A stretch of 64,000 nucleotides of DNA from an uncultured Chloroflexia bacterium (GTDB taxonomy: Bacteria > Chloroflexota > Limnocylindria > Limnocylindrales > CSP1-4), in contig CAWHDR010000001.1 in the NCBI GenBank assembly GCA_963828165.1, positions 2,048,001 to 2,112,000 of the forward strand, read 5' to 3'. The notes beneath the pieces are model-generated. The model saw only the letters and a program-made list of their open reading frames with translations. It had not been told where the DNA came from and searched no databases. The position numbers and the translations under genes are program-made. This document shows, piece by piece, positions 1 to 12,047 of the stretch. Every line of letters starts with the position of its first letter. The first letter of the stretch is position 1.

Positions 1-293
1 GACGGACTCGTCCGCGAGCGCCGCGTCTCCGGCGGCTTCGTCGGCGAACGGCACGATCTCGACGTCCCGGTCGAGCTGGCCCGCGGTCGTGGTGATCGCG
101 AGGCTCAAGCCGGGCGGCTCCGGCTGGACGACCCCGATCTTCGTCGCGGCGTCGTCGCCGAACAAGAGCGTCGGTACGACGAACGACCCGACCACGAGCA
201 CGGTGGTGAACGCGACCGAGAGGATGAAGCCGCGACTGCGACCGCGCTCGATCATCTCGCGCCGGGCGACCAGCCAGACGCTCCGCCAGCGGC

Positions 294-297
<4 letters not shown>
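1..297 (-). CDS. ABC-2 type transporter permease (5' part; runs off the window)
   Basis: ATG at 297 overlaps the ATPase stop (ATGA). Reads MSRWRSVWLVARREMIERGRSRGFILSVAFTTVLVVGSFVVP, a typical permease N-terminus with a TM helix. Confidence 0.85.
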
Positions 298-1214
<917 letters not shown>

Positions 1215-1265
1215 GTGTCCCCCCGTGTCGCGCGCGGCGCTCTCGGCAGGCTCCGAGGATACCCA

Positions 1266-1303
1266 ACGAAGAAGACCCCGGCCTGTGCAGCAGGCCGGGG
1301 TCT
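1266..1303 (-). terminator. Intrinsic terminator after the cupredoxin gene
   Basis: 13-bp stem AGACCCCGGCCTG/CAGGCCGGGGTCT followed by TCTTCGTT on the minus strand. Confidence 0.65.
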
Positions 1304-1323
1304 GGAGCGGAGCGAGAGCGAGG

Positions 1324-1722
1324 CTATCCCGCGGTGAGCGTGCCTTTCATTTCCGGATGGACTTCGCAGAAGAACTCGTAGGCGCCGGCGGCGAGCGCCG
1401 GAACGTCGTACGTGATCGCCGCGGAGGTCACGATCTCACCCTTGAACTTGACCGCACCCGAGGCGTCCTTGATGGCCACGTTGTGGGGTGCGGACTCCTG
1501 GTTGTCCAAAGCGATCTGGAACCCCTCGTCCGCGGGTGCCGCGATCGACGCCGTGGAGAACTTGAGGTCCTTGGCGCTCACGGTGATGGCGTCGCCCGCC
1601 GGGGCGGAGGCGGCCGGCGCGGAGGCTGCCGGCGCTGAGGCCGAGGCCCCGGATCCACCGGAACAGGCGGCGCTGGTGATGGCGAGGGCCACGAGGCCCA
1701 GGCCCAGGACGAGGCGCTTCAT
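1324..1722 (-). CDS. Cupredoxin (type-1 copper) lipoprotein
   Basis: Lipobox SAAC, Ala/Pro/Ser linker, PHN...CEVHPEM copper ligands. Confidence 0.9.
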   Translation of the reverse strand: MKRLVLGLGLVALAITSAACSGGSGASASAPAASAPAASAPAGDAITVSAKDLKFSTASIAAPADEGFQIALDNQESAPHNVAIKDASGAVKFKGEIVTSAAITYDVPALAAGAYEFFCEVHPEMKGTLTAG

Positions 1723-1781
1723 CGGTTCGGACTCCTTGTCGGATGAGCGCGGCCGGGTTGACTCCCGGCCGCACCATTTCG

Positions 1782-2207
1782 TCAGGCGCCGGCACCCTCG
1801 GTGCGGCGGCCGGTGACGAGCCTGGCGAAGGACGCCATCTCGCGCTTGACCACGGCGATCGGGTTGCCGTCCATCCGGGCGAAGTCGACGGCGACCAGGA
1901 CGATCAGCGCGACCTCGATGGCCTTGGCGACGTAGGCCGTCTGGTAGTACGGGCCCTGGATCGCCCAGCCGAGGATGGTCGTGAAAGCGTAGCCGATAAG
2001 GCCGAGACGGACGACCCAGCGGAACCGGACCGCAAGGGCAAGCGGCACGATCATCGCGACCGCGGCGACGAGGTAGCCGATCGCGTTCAGCGTGAACAGG
2101 AGTCCGCCCAGGGTCGAGTGGATGTATCCGGTGGCCAGCGCCAGGCCGACGATGGCGGCGCGGATGACGACGTCGGACGTGCGGAGCTGCGTTCGGGAAG
2201 CGAACAT
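1782..2207 (-). CDS. Hypothetical membrane protein (about 4 TM)
   Basis: MFASRTQ start; four hydrophobic segments; GAGG RBS-like sequence upstream. Confidence 0.75.
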   Translation of the reverse strand: MFASRTQLRTSDVVIRAAIVGLALATGYIHSTLGGLLFTLNAIGYLVAAVAMIVPLALAVRFRWVVRLGLIGYAFTTILGWAIQGPYYQTAYVAKAIEVALIVLVAVDFARMDGNPIAVVKREMASFARLVTGRRTEGAGA

Positions 2208-2434
2208 CTGTGTCGGGACCTCGCTAGGTTGTGACCGGTCAGGGGTGCCGTGTCGTGCCGATATCGTCCGGGCGGCATGGGCCGAACGCGCCCGACAAGG
2301 GACACCAGCCGACCCGGACACTCGCCCTCGCCGCTGTGCCGTCGCTGGTCGACCCTCGCCTCGGCCGGATGACGTAGCTGCCTCGGCCGAGAGGCGATGC
2401 CCGCTCGTGGCGGACCCGTCGTATCCTCGCGCCG

Positions 2435-5400
2435 ATGGCCGCTCCCGCCCGTCCGCCCGGTCCGATCGAGCCTGTTCCTACCCCGACCGACCCCGACGGC
2501 GGGGCGGGCGGGATCCACGAGCTGCTGTCGGTCGCCGTCGAAGAGGCGGCCCGGCTCCTCGACGCCGACGGCGCGATGGTCTACCTCATCGACCCGGCCA
2601 CCGGGAACCTGCGTTTCGCGCACGACGCGGGCATCCGCAGCGAACGCAGCCGCGAATGGGTCCGCGGCCTCGAGCTGGCCCCCGGGACCGGGATGTTCGG
2701 GCGAGCGCTGGTCGAGCGTGCCATCGTGGTCACGAACGACTACCAGAACGACCCCTCGTTCCGCCATGCCACCCAGACCGACCGCGTCGTCGAGGACATC
2801 GGCATCCGCTCGATGGTGGTCGCGCCACTCGTTGCGGGCGACCAGGTGTTCGGGGCGATGGGCACCTTCTCCACGCGCGCGGAGGCCTTCGAGCAAGGCG
2901 CAGATCGCCCTCGTCCGCGCGCTGGCCGATCATGCGGCCGCCGCCATGGCGAACATCCGCCTGATCGAGGAACTCGACCGATCTCGGAAGGAGCTCGCGC
3001 AGCGGGCCGAGGTCGAGCGAACGCTGCGCGAGATCAACGCCCGCATCTCGGCCGCGGCGGATCTTTCGAGCGTGCTGCAGCTCGCCGTCGACGAGGCCGC
3101 CCGGCTGCTGGGGGCCGACGGCTCCCGGATCGACCTCGTCGATCCCGGGTCGGGGCTGCTCCGTTGGGCGTATGCGTCGGGCGAGGTCAAGCCGGTCGAC
3201 GAGGCCAGGTATATCGATCCCGAGGAGACTCCCGAGCAGGGCATCGCCGGCCAGGCGATGGCCCAGGCGCGGCCCATCTGGACGGGCGATTACACCGCCG
3301 ACGACGGCTTTCCGCACGGGACCGGCGGCGATGCGTACGTGGCCGAATTCGGCATCCATTCGGTCATGGCCGCGCCGCTGGTCGGGGAGGCCGGACCCTT
3401 CGGTGCCCTGTCGATCTTTTCCACGCGCACCGACGCGTGGCGAGACGCGGATGCCGGCCTGCTCGAGTCGATCGCCGCGCAGGCCGCCATCGCCATCACC
3501 CGGACCCAGCTCCTCGAAGAGCTCGACCGGTCCCGCGGCGCGCTCGCACGCCGGGCTGGGGCGGAACAGGCGCTGCGCGAGATCGCCGCGCGCATCACCG
3601 CGATGCGAGATCCGTCCGAGATCCTCCAGCAGGTCGTGGAGCTCGCGAGCCGCCTGGTCGGCGGACAGGGGGCCATCCTCGACATCCTGGAGCCGGGCAC
3701 CGACAAGCTGCGCTGGGCGTTCGATGACGGACTGCGGCGGCTTTTCAGCGACGAGGAACGCTCGAATCTGTGGATCTCGGTCGGGGAGGGCGCCACCGGG
3801 ATGGCGGTCGCCGAGGACCGCGTCGTGATCGCAGGCGACGACCTGGCCGCGCAGTTCCCGCCAAGCCCCGAGTCGACGCAGTTCTACGACCGGACCGGCT
3901 TCCGCTCGATGATCGCGGCGCCGATCACCGGGGAGCACGGCCCGCTCGGGGTCATCGAGGTCTATGCGGTCGTGGCGGACGCGTTCGACGGCGAGGATGC
4001 GGCGCTCATCCGGGCGCTCGCCGGGCAGGCGGCGATCGCGATCACCAATGCGCGGCTCATCGACGAGCTCGAACGGTCGCGCGAGGAGACGGCCCGGCGC
4101 GCCGACGCCGAGCGGACCCTCCGCGAGATCGCGGTCCGTGTCTCGTCGATCCTCGACCCCGATACGGTCCTGACCCGGATCGTCGCAGAATCCGCACGCC
4201 TTCTTGGCTCCGACGGTGCGCGGATCGACCTGTGGGACGAGGAGCTGGGCTCGCTGCGCTGGGCCTACGCCTCGGGCGACGCGATGTCCGAAGTGCCCGA
4301 ATGGGGGCGGACCGGTGGGCTCAAGCCGCGCCAGGCCGTGGCCGGCCTCGCCTTCGCCGAGCAGAAACCGATCATGACCCAGGACTACCTGGCCGACGAC
4401 CGGTTCGAGACCACGCCCGAGATCGAGGCGTTCGTGCGCAAGGCCGGCATCCGCGCCGTGATCGGCGTGCCGCTGACCGGTGAGGGCGACGCACCGCTCG
4501 GCGTGCTGTCGGTCGTGTCCCGCGAGCCCGGCGCCTACACCGCGACCGAGGTGGAGCTGCTGACCGCCCTCGCGACGCACGCGTCGATCGCGATCACGAA
4601 CGCGAACCTGATGGAGCAGCTCGCCCGCTCCCGCCAGGACATCGAGCGTCGCGCGGAGGCCGAGGCCAGCCTGCGCCAGATCGCGGCCCGGATCACGGCC
4701 CTGCGCGAGCCGGATGAGGTCCTCCAGCACGTCGTCGACGAGGCGCGACGCCTGTTGCGCGCCGACGGTGGCCTGATCGACCAGTACGACCCTGAGAGTG
4801 GCACGCTCCAGTGGGCCTACGACGCCGGACTCGAGCCCGACCAGCGCGAGGCGGTCAAGATGACCAACCTGCGCCTGGGCGAAGGCGTCTCAGGCAAGGC
4901 CGTGGCCGAGGCCCGGGTCATCCACGCCGGGGACTACCTGGCCGGCGATTTCCAGCACGACGCGCTGGCGGATTCGCTCGTCGAGCGGGCCGGTGTCCGT
5001 GACCTGATCGCGGCGCCGATCATCGGAGAAGCCGGCCCCCTGGGCGCGATCGAGGTGCTGAGCCGCCGGCCGAACGCGTTCGACGATCTCGACGCGGCCG
5101 TGCTCGGAAGCCTGGCCGAGCAGGCGGCCATCGCCATCACGAACGCCCGGCTGATCGACGAGCTGGAGCGGTCCCGACTGGCCCTCGCTCGCCGGGCCGA
5201 AACCGAGCGGTCGCTCCGGGACATCACGGCCCGGATCGCGGCGCTGACCGACCCGGATGAGGTCCTCGAGCGGGTCGTCGAGGACGCGAAGCGCCTGCTC
5301 GCGACGGACGGCGCGCACCTGACCCGCATGGCTCCCACCGGCACGTACCTCATCCCGGTCGTGGTGACCGGCGCCAGCGATGACGCGACGCGCGAGTGGC

Positions 5401-7949
5401 TGATGAGCAAGCGGTTCCCGCTTGGAGCGGGGATCAACGGCCTCGCCGCACAGGAGGGAACACCGGTCTGGACCTTCGACTACCTGGCGGACCCGCGCAT
5501 CCCGCACGAACCGGACGACGACTTCACGGCCGAGCGGCTGGGCCTGCGAGGCATGGCGTCGACGCCGTTGCGCGCGCCCGGTGGCGACGTCATCGGCACA
5601 CTCGCCATCTCGACGGCGGAGCCGCGCACCTTCGAGGCCGACGACCTGGACCTCCTCCAGGGCCTCGCGGATCAAGCGGCCATCGCCCTGACGAATTCGA
5701 ACCTCCTCGCCCGACTGACCCAGGAAGAGGCGCGTTTCCGGGGACTGGTCCAGACGACCCCGGACGTGATCTGGCACGCGGATGGGAACGGGACCTTCAC
5801 CTTCATGGCGGACTCGGCGGAGGCCCTCTTCGGCTGGCCGGTCGACGAGATCGTCGGGCAACACTTCGATTTCCTGACCGAACCGTCGTCGATGCCGGTC
5901 GCCCTCGAGGCGTACGGGGCCGTCGGGGCGGAGCCGGGCCGCGTCGAGCGGGTGCCGCTCATCCTGGTCCGTCGCGACGGGTCGAGATTCGCCGCGGAGG
6001 TCACCACCACGGGTGTCTTCGAGGACGGCGTCTGGGTCGGTGCGCAGGGCACGGTCCGGGACGTCAGCGAGCGGGAACGGCTCGAGCGCGAGCTGCGCCA
6101 ATCGGAGGAGCGCTACCGGTTCCTCGTCCAGAACGCTCCGGATCTCGTCTGGTCGATCGGACCGGACGCGCGCATCACGTTCCTGTCGGACGCCGTCGAG
6201 CGGCTGACCGGTTTCCGCCCGGAGGAGCTGCTCGGCGAGCATTTCGGGGCCATCGTCCATCCCTCGTCGCGCGACGTCGCCGAGATCGACTGGACCGCTG
6301 CGATGAACGCGCCGTCCCAGGAGGTCCGCGGGCGGATCAGCCTCCAGCACCGCGACGGGTCGGCGGTCCCGGCCGAGTTCATCGCCGTCGCCGCCCTCGG
6401 CGCTGACGGCGATTTCGCGGGAGCGAACGGGTCCGTCCGCGACATGCGCGAGCGCGACCGGCTCGAGCGCGAGCTGCGCGCATCCGAGGACCGCTACCGG
6501 ACTCTCGCCTCGTCGTCGCCGGACCTCGTGTTCGCCACGGACGCGGAGGGTCGGTACACGTTCCTGTCCGACCGGGCCCAGACGACGCTCGGCTGGGACC
6601 GCACGGCCGCACTCGGCCGTTCGTTCATGGCATACGTGGCTCCGGGCTTCGAGGCGGCCGCCGCCGCGAGCTACCAGGCCGTCCTGGCCGATCCCGAACA
6701 GGTCCATTCGGCGCGGGTGGATTTCCTCGACGGGTCGGGGCAACCGGTCCAGCTCGAGATCAACGTCGTCGGCAAGGTCGAGGACGGCGCGCTGGTCGGG
6801 ATCAACGGGGTCGCGCGTGACGTGTCGGAGCGGGAGCGGCTCGAGCGCGAGCTGATGCGGTCGGAGGAGCGCTATCGGTTCCTCGTGCAGAACTCGCCGG
6901 ACGTCGTCTTCGCGACGAACGTCGAGGGAAACTTCACCTTCATCTCGGCCGCCATCGAGCGGCTCACCGGCCATCCCGCGGCCCAGCTCATCGGGAAGCA
7001 TTTCGGGACGATCGTCGAGTCGGAGGACGCCCAGGTGGCGGGCGGCCGTTGGGAGGCGCTCTCCAGCCACCCGGACCAGGAGGTCCAGACCGCCCAGGTC
7101 CTGCGTGGTCGCGACGGCCGCCATACCCCGGTCGATGTCCGAGCGGTGGGCGTGTGGGTGGACGGGGCGTTCGCAGGCATCCAGGGCGCGGCGCGCGACG
7201 TGAGCGACCAGGTCCGACTGGAGCGGGAGCTACGACGCCAGGCCGGGGAGCTCGCCGCCGGCGAGGAGCGCGCCCACCTCGCACGGGAGCTGCACGATTC
7301 GGTCACCCAGGCGCTGTTCTCCATGACCCTCGTGGCGCGCTCGGTCGAGATGCTGCTGGAAACGGACCCGGACACCGCACGGACGCACCTGACCCAGCTG
7401 CGCGAGCTCCAACGGGAGGCGCTCGCGGAGATGCGCGCCCTCATCTTCGAGCTTCGGCCCGGCAACCTGGAGCAGGATGGCCTGGTCAGGGCGGTGAAGA
7501 CCCACAGCGCCGCGCTCCAGGGCCGGCTCGGGCTCCCGGTCGTCGTGGAGAGCGACCTGGAGGATCGACTGCCGCTGGCGGCCGAGGAGGTCCTGTACCG
7601 CATCGCCCAGGAGGCGCTGCACAACGTCGTGAAGCACGCGGCCGCCCGGCAGGTGCGCGTCGACATCCGCCAGCACGACGGCGGCATTCGGCTGCGGGTG
7701 AAGGACGACGGCAAGGGATTCGATCCGTCGACCGTGCCCGACGGCCACCTGGGGCTCGCGGGCATGCGGGCTCGGACCGAGCGGGTCGGCGGCACGTTCA
7801 CGTGCGTGAGCGAACCCGGGTCGGGGACCGCGATCGAGGTCACGCTCCCTCCGGCCGTGCTCGCGGACCTGCAGGCGGTGGCATCGGCCGGTGAGGTCGC
7901 GGGACGTCCCACCCCACCCGCGGGGACCCCCTCGATCCGCGACGGATGA
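2435..7949 (+). CDS. Soluble multi-sensor histidine kinase, 6 GAF + 4 PAS + HisKA_3 + HATPase (frameshift near 2891)
   Basis: First GAF in ORF 2435 frame, remainder in ORF 2397 frame. Repeated AIAITNARLIDELERSR linkers, RDVSERERLE PAC ends, H-box ARELHDSVTQ, EALHNVVKH, DDGKGF, GLAGM. Confidence 0.9.
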
Positions 7950-8036
7950 CGTAGATCCGGTTCGGTCGTTCCGCCGAGGTCATCTCGGTCGAAGGTCGCT
8001 TTCGCTCCCCGAGGCTGCGGCCGCACCATCTCCGCC

Positions 8037-8444
8037 ATGCCCCCCGCTGACGCCCGGTCCGACGAAGCTGCGCCGCTGCGCATCCTCGTCGTCGATGCCG
8101 ATGACCGGGTTCGCGAGAGCCTGACCGGGTTGCTCGCCATCGGCGAGCGGGTGCTCATCGTCGGCAGCTCCGGCCAGTCCGGAACGGCGCTCGCCCTGGC
8201 GCGCGAGCATCGACCCGACGTCGTGATCGTCGACCCGCGCCTGCCCGAGGTCGACGGTGGACTGAGCTTCATCGCCGGGGTCCGGCAATGGTGTCCGGAC
8301 ACGCGCATCCTCGCCATGAGCTGGTCCGACGCGCTCGAGCGCCAGGCCCTCGACGGCGGAGCCCACGGCTTCGTCCGCAAGACCTTCCGCCCCGCTGAGC
8401 TGATCGCCGCGATCCTCGCGGCCGGCCGGCCCGCCGATGCCTGA
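8037..8444 (+). CDS. Receiver-only response regulator
   Basis: ILVVDAD, VIVDPRLP (phospho-Asp), FVRK motif; no output domain. Confidence 0.85.
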   Translation: MPPADARSDEAAPLRILVVDADDRVRESLTGLLAIGERVLIVGSSGQSGTALALAREHRPDVVIVDPRLPEVDGGLSFIAGVRQWCPDTRILAMSWSDALERQALDGGAHGFVRKTFRPAELIAAILAAGRPADA

Positions 8445-9189
8445 GGAGACCGCTTTGCTAGACTCGACGCTGTCCCCAACGTCCCCGCCAGACACCAGCG
8501 GCGCGAGTGCGCCGGGAGCCGACGTGACAGACGACGCCCCGATCCGTGTGCTCATCGTCGACGACCACGCGGTCGTCCGGACGGGTCTCAAGGTGTTCCT
8601 CGATCTCCAGACGGATATCGAGGTCGTCGGCGAGGCGGCAGATGGCTCCGAGGGCGTGGCGATGGCCCGCCGACTCCAGCCCGATGTCGTGCTGATGGAC
8701 CTGCTGATGCCGAACATGGACGGCATCACCGCGATCGGCCGGATCAAGGCCGAGCACCCCGAGATCGAGATCGTGACGATGACCTCCTTCATCGAAGAGG
8801 AGAAGGTGACCTCGGCCCTGGAGGCGGGAGCGTCGGGCTACGTCCTCAAGGACGCGGAGGCCGAGGAGGTCGCCGCGGCCGTGCGCGCGGCCCATGCGGG
8901 CGAAGTCCACCTCGACCCAGCGGTCGCGCGCCTGCTTGCCCAGCGGATGCGTGACCGCAAGTCCCCCAAGGACGAGCTGGCCGAGCCGTTGACCGATCGC
9001 GAGAAGGACGTGCTCCGCCTGCTGGGGCAGGGGATGTCCAACAAGGACATCGGCTCGACGCTGTTCATCACGGAGCGCACCGCCCGCACGTACGTCTCGA
9101 ACATCCTGGGCAAGCTCGGTCTCGCGTCACGGACGCAGGCGGCGCTGTACGCGGTGGAGCACAAGCTCGTCGACGCGCCCGGCGCCTGA
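8437..9189 (+). CDS. NarL/LuxR family response regulator
   Basis: VLIVDDH, LMDLLMP, YVLKD, C-terminal LTDREKDVL...SNKDIG HTH. True start may be downstream. Confidence 0.95.
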   Translation: MPEETALLDSTLSPTSPPDTSGASAPGADVTDDAPIRVLIVDDHAVVRTGLKVFLDLQTDIEVVGEAADGSEGVAMARRLQPDVVLMDLLMPNMDGITAIGRIKAEHPEIEIVTMTSFIEEEKVTSALEAGASGYVLKDAEAEEVAAAVRAAHAGEVHLDPAVARLLAQRMRDRKSPKDELAEPLTDREKDVLRLLGQGMSNKDIGSTLFITERTARTYVSNILGKLGLASRTQAALYAVEHKLVDAPGA

Positions 9190-9219
9190 ACCCCGGGCTG
9201 CCAGGGCGCGCGACCCGAG

Positions 9220-10497
9220 CTATTCGACGGAGACGACCCGGTACGTGACCGCGCCCCGTGGCGTCTTGACTGCGACCTCGTCGCCCGCGACCGCGCCCAG
9301 TAGTGCCCGCCCGACCGGTGATGCCACCGACAGCCGCCCCGAGGATGGATCGGCCTCGGCCGTGCCCACCAAGGTGTACGTGTCGGTGTCGCCCTCGATC
9401 TCGACGACGATCCGGGAGCCCAGGTCCGCGCCGGCCCCGGCGGTCGGCGCCACGGCGATGACGGCCGAGCGCAACTGCGCCTCGATCGACTGGACGCGGC
9501 CTTCAAGGAACGACTGCTCCTCGCGCGCGGAGCTGTAGTCGGCATTCTCCTTGAGGTCGCCGAGCTCCTTGGCAGCCCGGATCCGGGCGATGACCTCGGG
9601 CCGCTTCACCCCGGTCAGCTCCGCCAGCTCCGCCCGCAGGCGCTCGGCTCCCTCCGCGGTCAGGGTCGCAGCCGGACCGCCGGGCGTGGCCGTCGGTGGG
9701 GCTTCCGGAGGGCGTGCCGCTCCGGGCGACGAGGGGCTCCCACCGCCTCCGGCGCGTGACGATGTCGGCGCGGGCGACCGCGACGGCGTGGCTCGCGGCG
9801 CACGCCGCCGTGGCTCCGGCGGCTCCCCTCGCGCCCCCTCCGCATCGCCGTCCGGGACGACCACGACCCTCGTCACCGGCGCTGCCGGTTCGACCGCCTC
9901 GGGTAGCAGCGACCCGGACAGGCCGCTCGTCTTGCGCTCGCCGGTCGGACGCCGCAGGTTCGCGAATGGCAGGACGACGTCGGGGTCCCGCAGGCCCGCG
10001 CGCTCGCTGGCGGTGACGGTCTCGGCGAAGGCCGCGAGCAGCGCGTCCTCGTATTCCTCCACGGCCTCGGTCGCGGCCCACCACACCCGGCATGACGGCA
10101 ACGCTCGCAAGGTCATGAGCCAGTGGCCGCCGGCGTATGGCCGTCGGTCTCCGAGCGTCGTCCGCGCCATGGCCGCCAGCCGACCGCTGATCGTCGCCCC
10201 GGTCGCGCCGACATAGAGCACGGTCTGGGACGGCAGCCAGAAGGAGGCGAGCCGGGCCGACAGGGCACGCGAGGTCGGCCTTGCGCCGTCGAGCAGGAGG
10301 CCAGGCACGTGCTCGAGCCATTTGCCGACACGCGTGAGCTCGATCGGGGCCGTCGGGAGTGGTGCCGGGAGCTCCACCAGGAAGACGCCCGGGGAACGGC
10401 CGGGCACCGGGCGCCCCCACGGCAGGGGCCCGTCGGGAAGCAGGCCGACCTTGCGCAGCAGGCTCGGCGCGGACAGCGCCTCGTCGTCGTCAGGCAT
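9220..10497 (-). CDS. greA: Transcription elongation factor GreA with N-terminal GIY-YIG-like domain
   Basis: C-terminal GDLKENADY...EQSFLEGR and SVASPVGRALLG. N-terminal PGVFLV...LYVG...RL...E...PFAN. ATG 10497 lies 7 nt after a TACCAT -10. Confidence 0.88.
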   Translation of the reverse strand: MPDDDEALSAPSLLRKVGLLPDGPLPWGRPVPGRSPGVFLVELPAPLPTAPIELTRVGKWLEHVPGLLLDGARPTSRALSARLASFWLPSQTVLYVGATGATISGRLAAMARTTLGDRRPYAGGHWLMTLRALPSCRVWWAATEAVEEYEDALLAAFAETVTASERAGLRDPDVVLPFANLRRPTGERKTSGLSGSLLPEAVEPAAPVTRVVVVPDGDAEGARGEPPEPRRRAPRATPSRSPAPTSSRAGGGGSPSSPGAARPPEAPPTATPGGPAATLTAEGAERLRAELAELTGVKRPEVIARIRAAKELGDLKENADYSSAREEQSFLEGRVQSIEAQLRSAVIAVAPTAGAGADLGSRIVVEIEGDTDTYTLVGTAEADPSSGRLSVASPVGRALLGAVAGDEVAVKTPRGAVTYRVVSVE

Positions 10498-10543
10498 CCG
10501 GGGGATGGTACCCGTGACGGACTCGCGGTACCGTGCACTGCGC

Positions 10544-11932
10544 ATGGCTGCTGTTCGGCCGCGTCGGACGCGGGTCCGGCGCGCCCTCCTGATCCTCGCC
10601 ACCGTGACGGCGACGAGCGTCATCTCGATCGCACTCGGCCCGCTGCTGACCACTTCGCGGATCCCCGACCCGATCGCGGCCGCGCGGCCGTCGCCGTTGG
10701 CCGAACCGACGGCTCGCGCCGAGGTCGACCGTGGCGTCCGGCCGGCCAGTGCGAAACCCGCGAACCCGATCCCGGCACCACCCGTGGCGGCGCGCCCGGT
10801 CGTGGCAACCATCGGGGTCCGGCCGCCGGAGCTGGCCGGTCTCACGGCGACGGCCGCGACGCGCCGCGCCCTCCAGAAGCGTCTCGACCAGCTGCGCGAG
10901 CGGTATGGGGTCCCCGGGATCTCGGTCACGATGCTCTTCCCCGATGGCAGCTCGTGGGTCGGCGTGAGCGGCCTGGCGAACGTCGGGGCCAAGACGCCCG
11001 TGACCGCGTCCACGTCCTTCGCCATCGCGAGCATCAGCAAGACCTTCACCGCCGCCCTCGTCCTGGCCCTGGCGCAGGACGGGACGATCGACCTCGACGA
11101 GCCGGTGCGGACATACCTGCCCGAGGTGAAGGTCAATGCAAAGATCACGGTCCGCCAGCTGCTCGACCACACCAGCGGGCTGCGCGATTACTTCTTCCAT
11201 CCGGCGATCGACAAGAAGCTGTTGACGGATCGCAGCCGGGTCTGGGATACCGCCGACGCGATGAAGCACGTCGGCAAGGCGTACTTCAAGCCGGGCACCG
11301 GTTGGCACTATTCGAACACCAACTACCTCGTGCTCGGGATGCTCGCCGAGCGGGTCGGCGGGGCGCCCCTGGCGGATCAGGTCCGCGCCCGCTTCCTCGA
11401 GCCGCTGGGACTGCGACACACCTGGTATCAGCCCACCGAGGAGGCCAGCGCCGACGGCGCCCACGGCTACCGGTTCGATTCGACGTCGAAGGACGCTCCT
11501 GCCATCGACCTGTCCGATGGCAGCCCGTTCATGCCATTCACCTCCGTCGTCACCGCAGCGGCCGGCGCCGGAGCCTTCGCGTCCAACTCGACCGATCTCG
11601 TCCGCTGGGTCCGCGCGCTCTACGCCGGCGCGGTGCTGTCCCAGGCGTCGGTCGATGCGATGGTCGGCGACATCAGCCGAACCGCGCCGTACAAGCCCCG
11701 CGTGCCCTACGGTCTGGGCGTCCAGCGCCAGGACATCGACGGGTACCAGTCGCTCGGGCATTCCGGGCGGCTGCTCGGCTTTCGGTCGGTCGTCCGTTGG
11801 TTGCCGGACGAGGACGTTGCGATCGCCGTGGTGAGCAACCAGAGCCGGACCGATCCCGGGATCTTCGCGCGTGCCTTGCTCAGGACCGCCCGGGCCGCTG
11901 GCGCGTGCGTGAACTGCACCAGCCAGCGCTGA
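10544..11932 (+). CDS. Serine hydrolase, beta-lactamase/D-Ala-D-Ala carboxypeptidase family, membrane-anchored or exported
   Basis: SISK (SxxK), YSN, HSG motifs; LLDHTSGL; N-terminal hydrophobic helix. Start uncertain. Confidence 0.9.
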   Translation: MAAVRPRRTRVRRALLILATVTATSVISIALGPLLTTSRIPDPIAAARPSPLAEPTARAEVDRGVRPASAKPANPIPAPPVAARPVVATIGVRPPELAGLTATAATRRALQKRLDQLRERYGVPGISVTMLFPDGSSWVGVSGLANVGAKTPVTASTSFAIASISKTFTAALVLALAQDGTIDLDEPVRTYLPEVKVNAKITVRQLLDHTSGLRDYFFHPAIDKKLLTDRSRVWDTADAMKHVGKAYFKPGTGWHYSNTNYLVLGMLAERVGGAPLADQVRARFLEPLGLRHTWYQPTEEASADGAHGYRFDSTSKDAPAIDLSDGSPFMPFTSVVTAAAGAGAFASNSTDLVRWVRALYAGAVLSQASVDAMVGDISRTAPYKPRVPYGLGVQRQDIDGYQSLGHSGRLLGFRSVVRWLPDEDVAIAVVSNQSRTDPGIFARALLRTARAAGACVNCTSQR

Positions 11933-12047
11933 CGCGCTGCTCGCGTCGTGCGGGCGGTGGGACCATCGCACCCGTCCCGACGGTACGGACGGCTGTTGAC
12001 CTTTGCCATCGGAGCGCGCACGTTGCGGGGTACGTTTCGGGGGAAAC

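Noticed and set aside
2940-7240. Repeated DNA segments in the kinase as a CRISPR or repeat array
   Set aside because: They are in-frame GAF/PAS linker repeats with periods of several hundred bp.
2730-8479. Long antisense ORFs (666, 744 and 535 aa) opposite the kinase, and many similar shadow ORFs across the window
   Set aside because: Expected from high GC3 codon bias; Arg/Gly/Pro-rich translations with no family motifs.
10498-11172. 5' extension of the greA ORF to 650 aa
   Set aside because: Overlaps the serine hydrolase on the other strand; a -10 and ATG at 10497 give a better start.
10544-11932. Beta-lactam resistance gene
   Set aside because: The motifs are shared by the broad serine hydrolase/carboxypeptidase family; nothing specific for AmpC.
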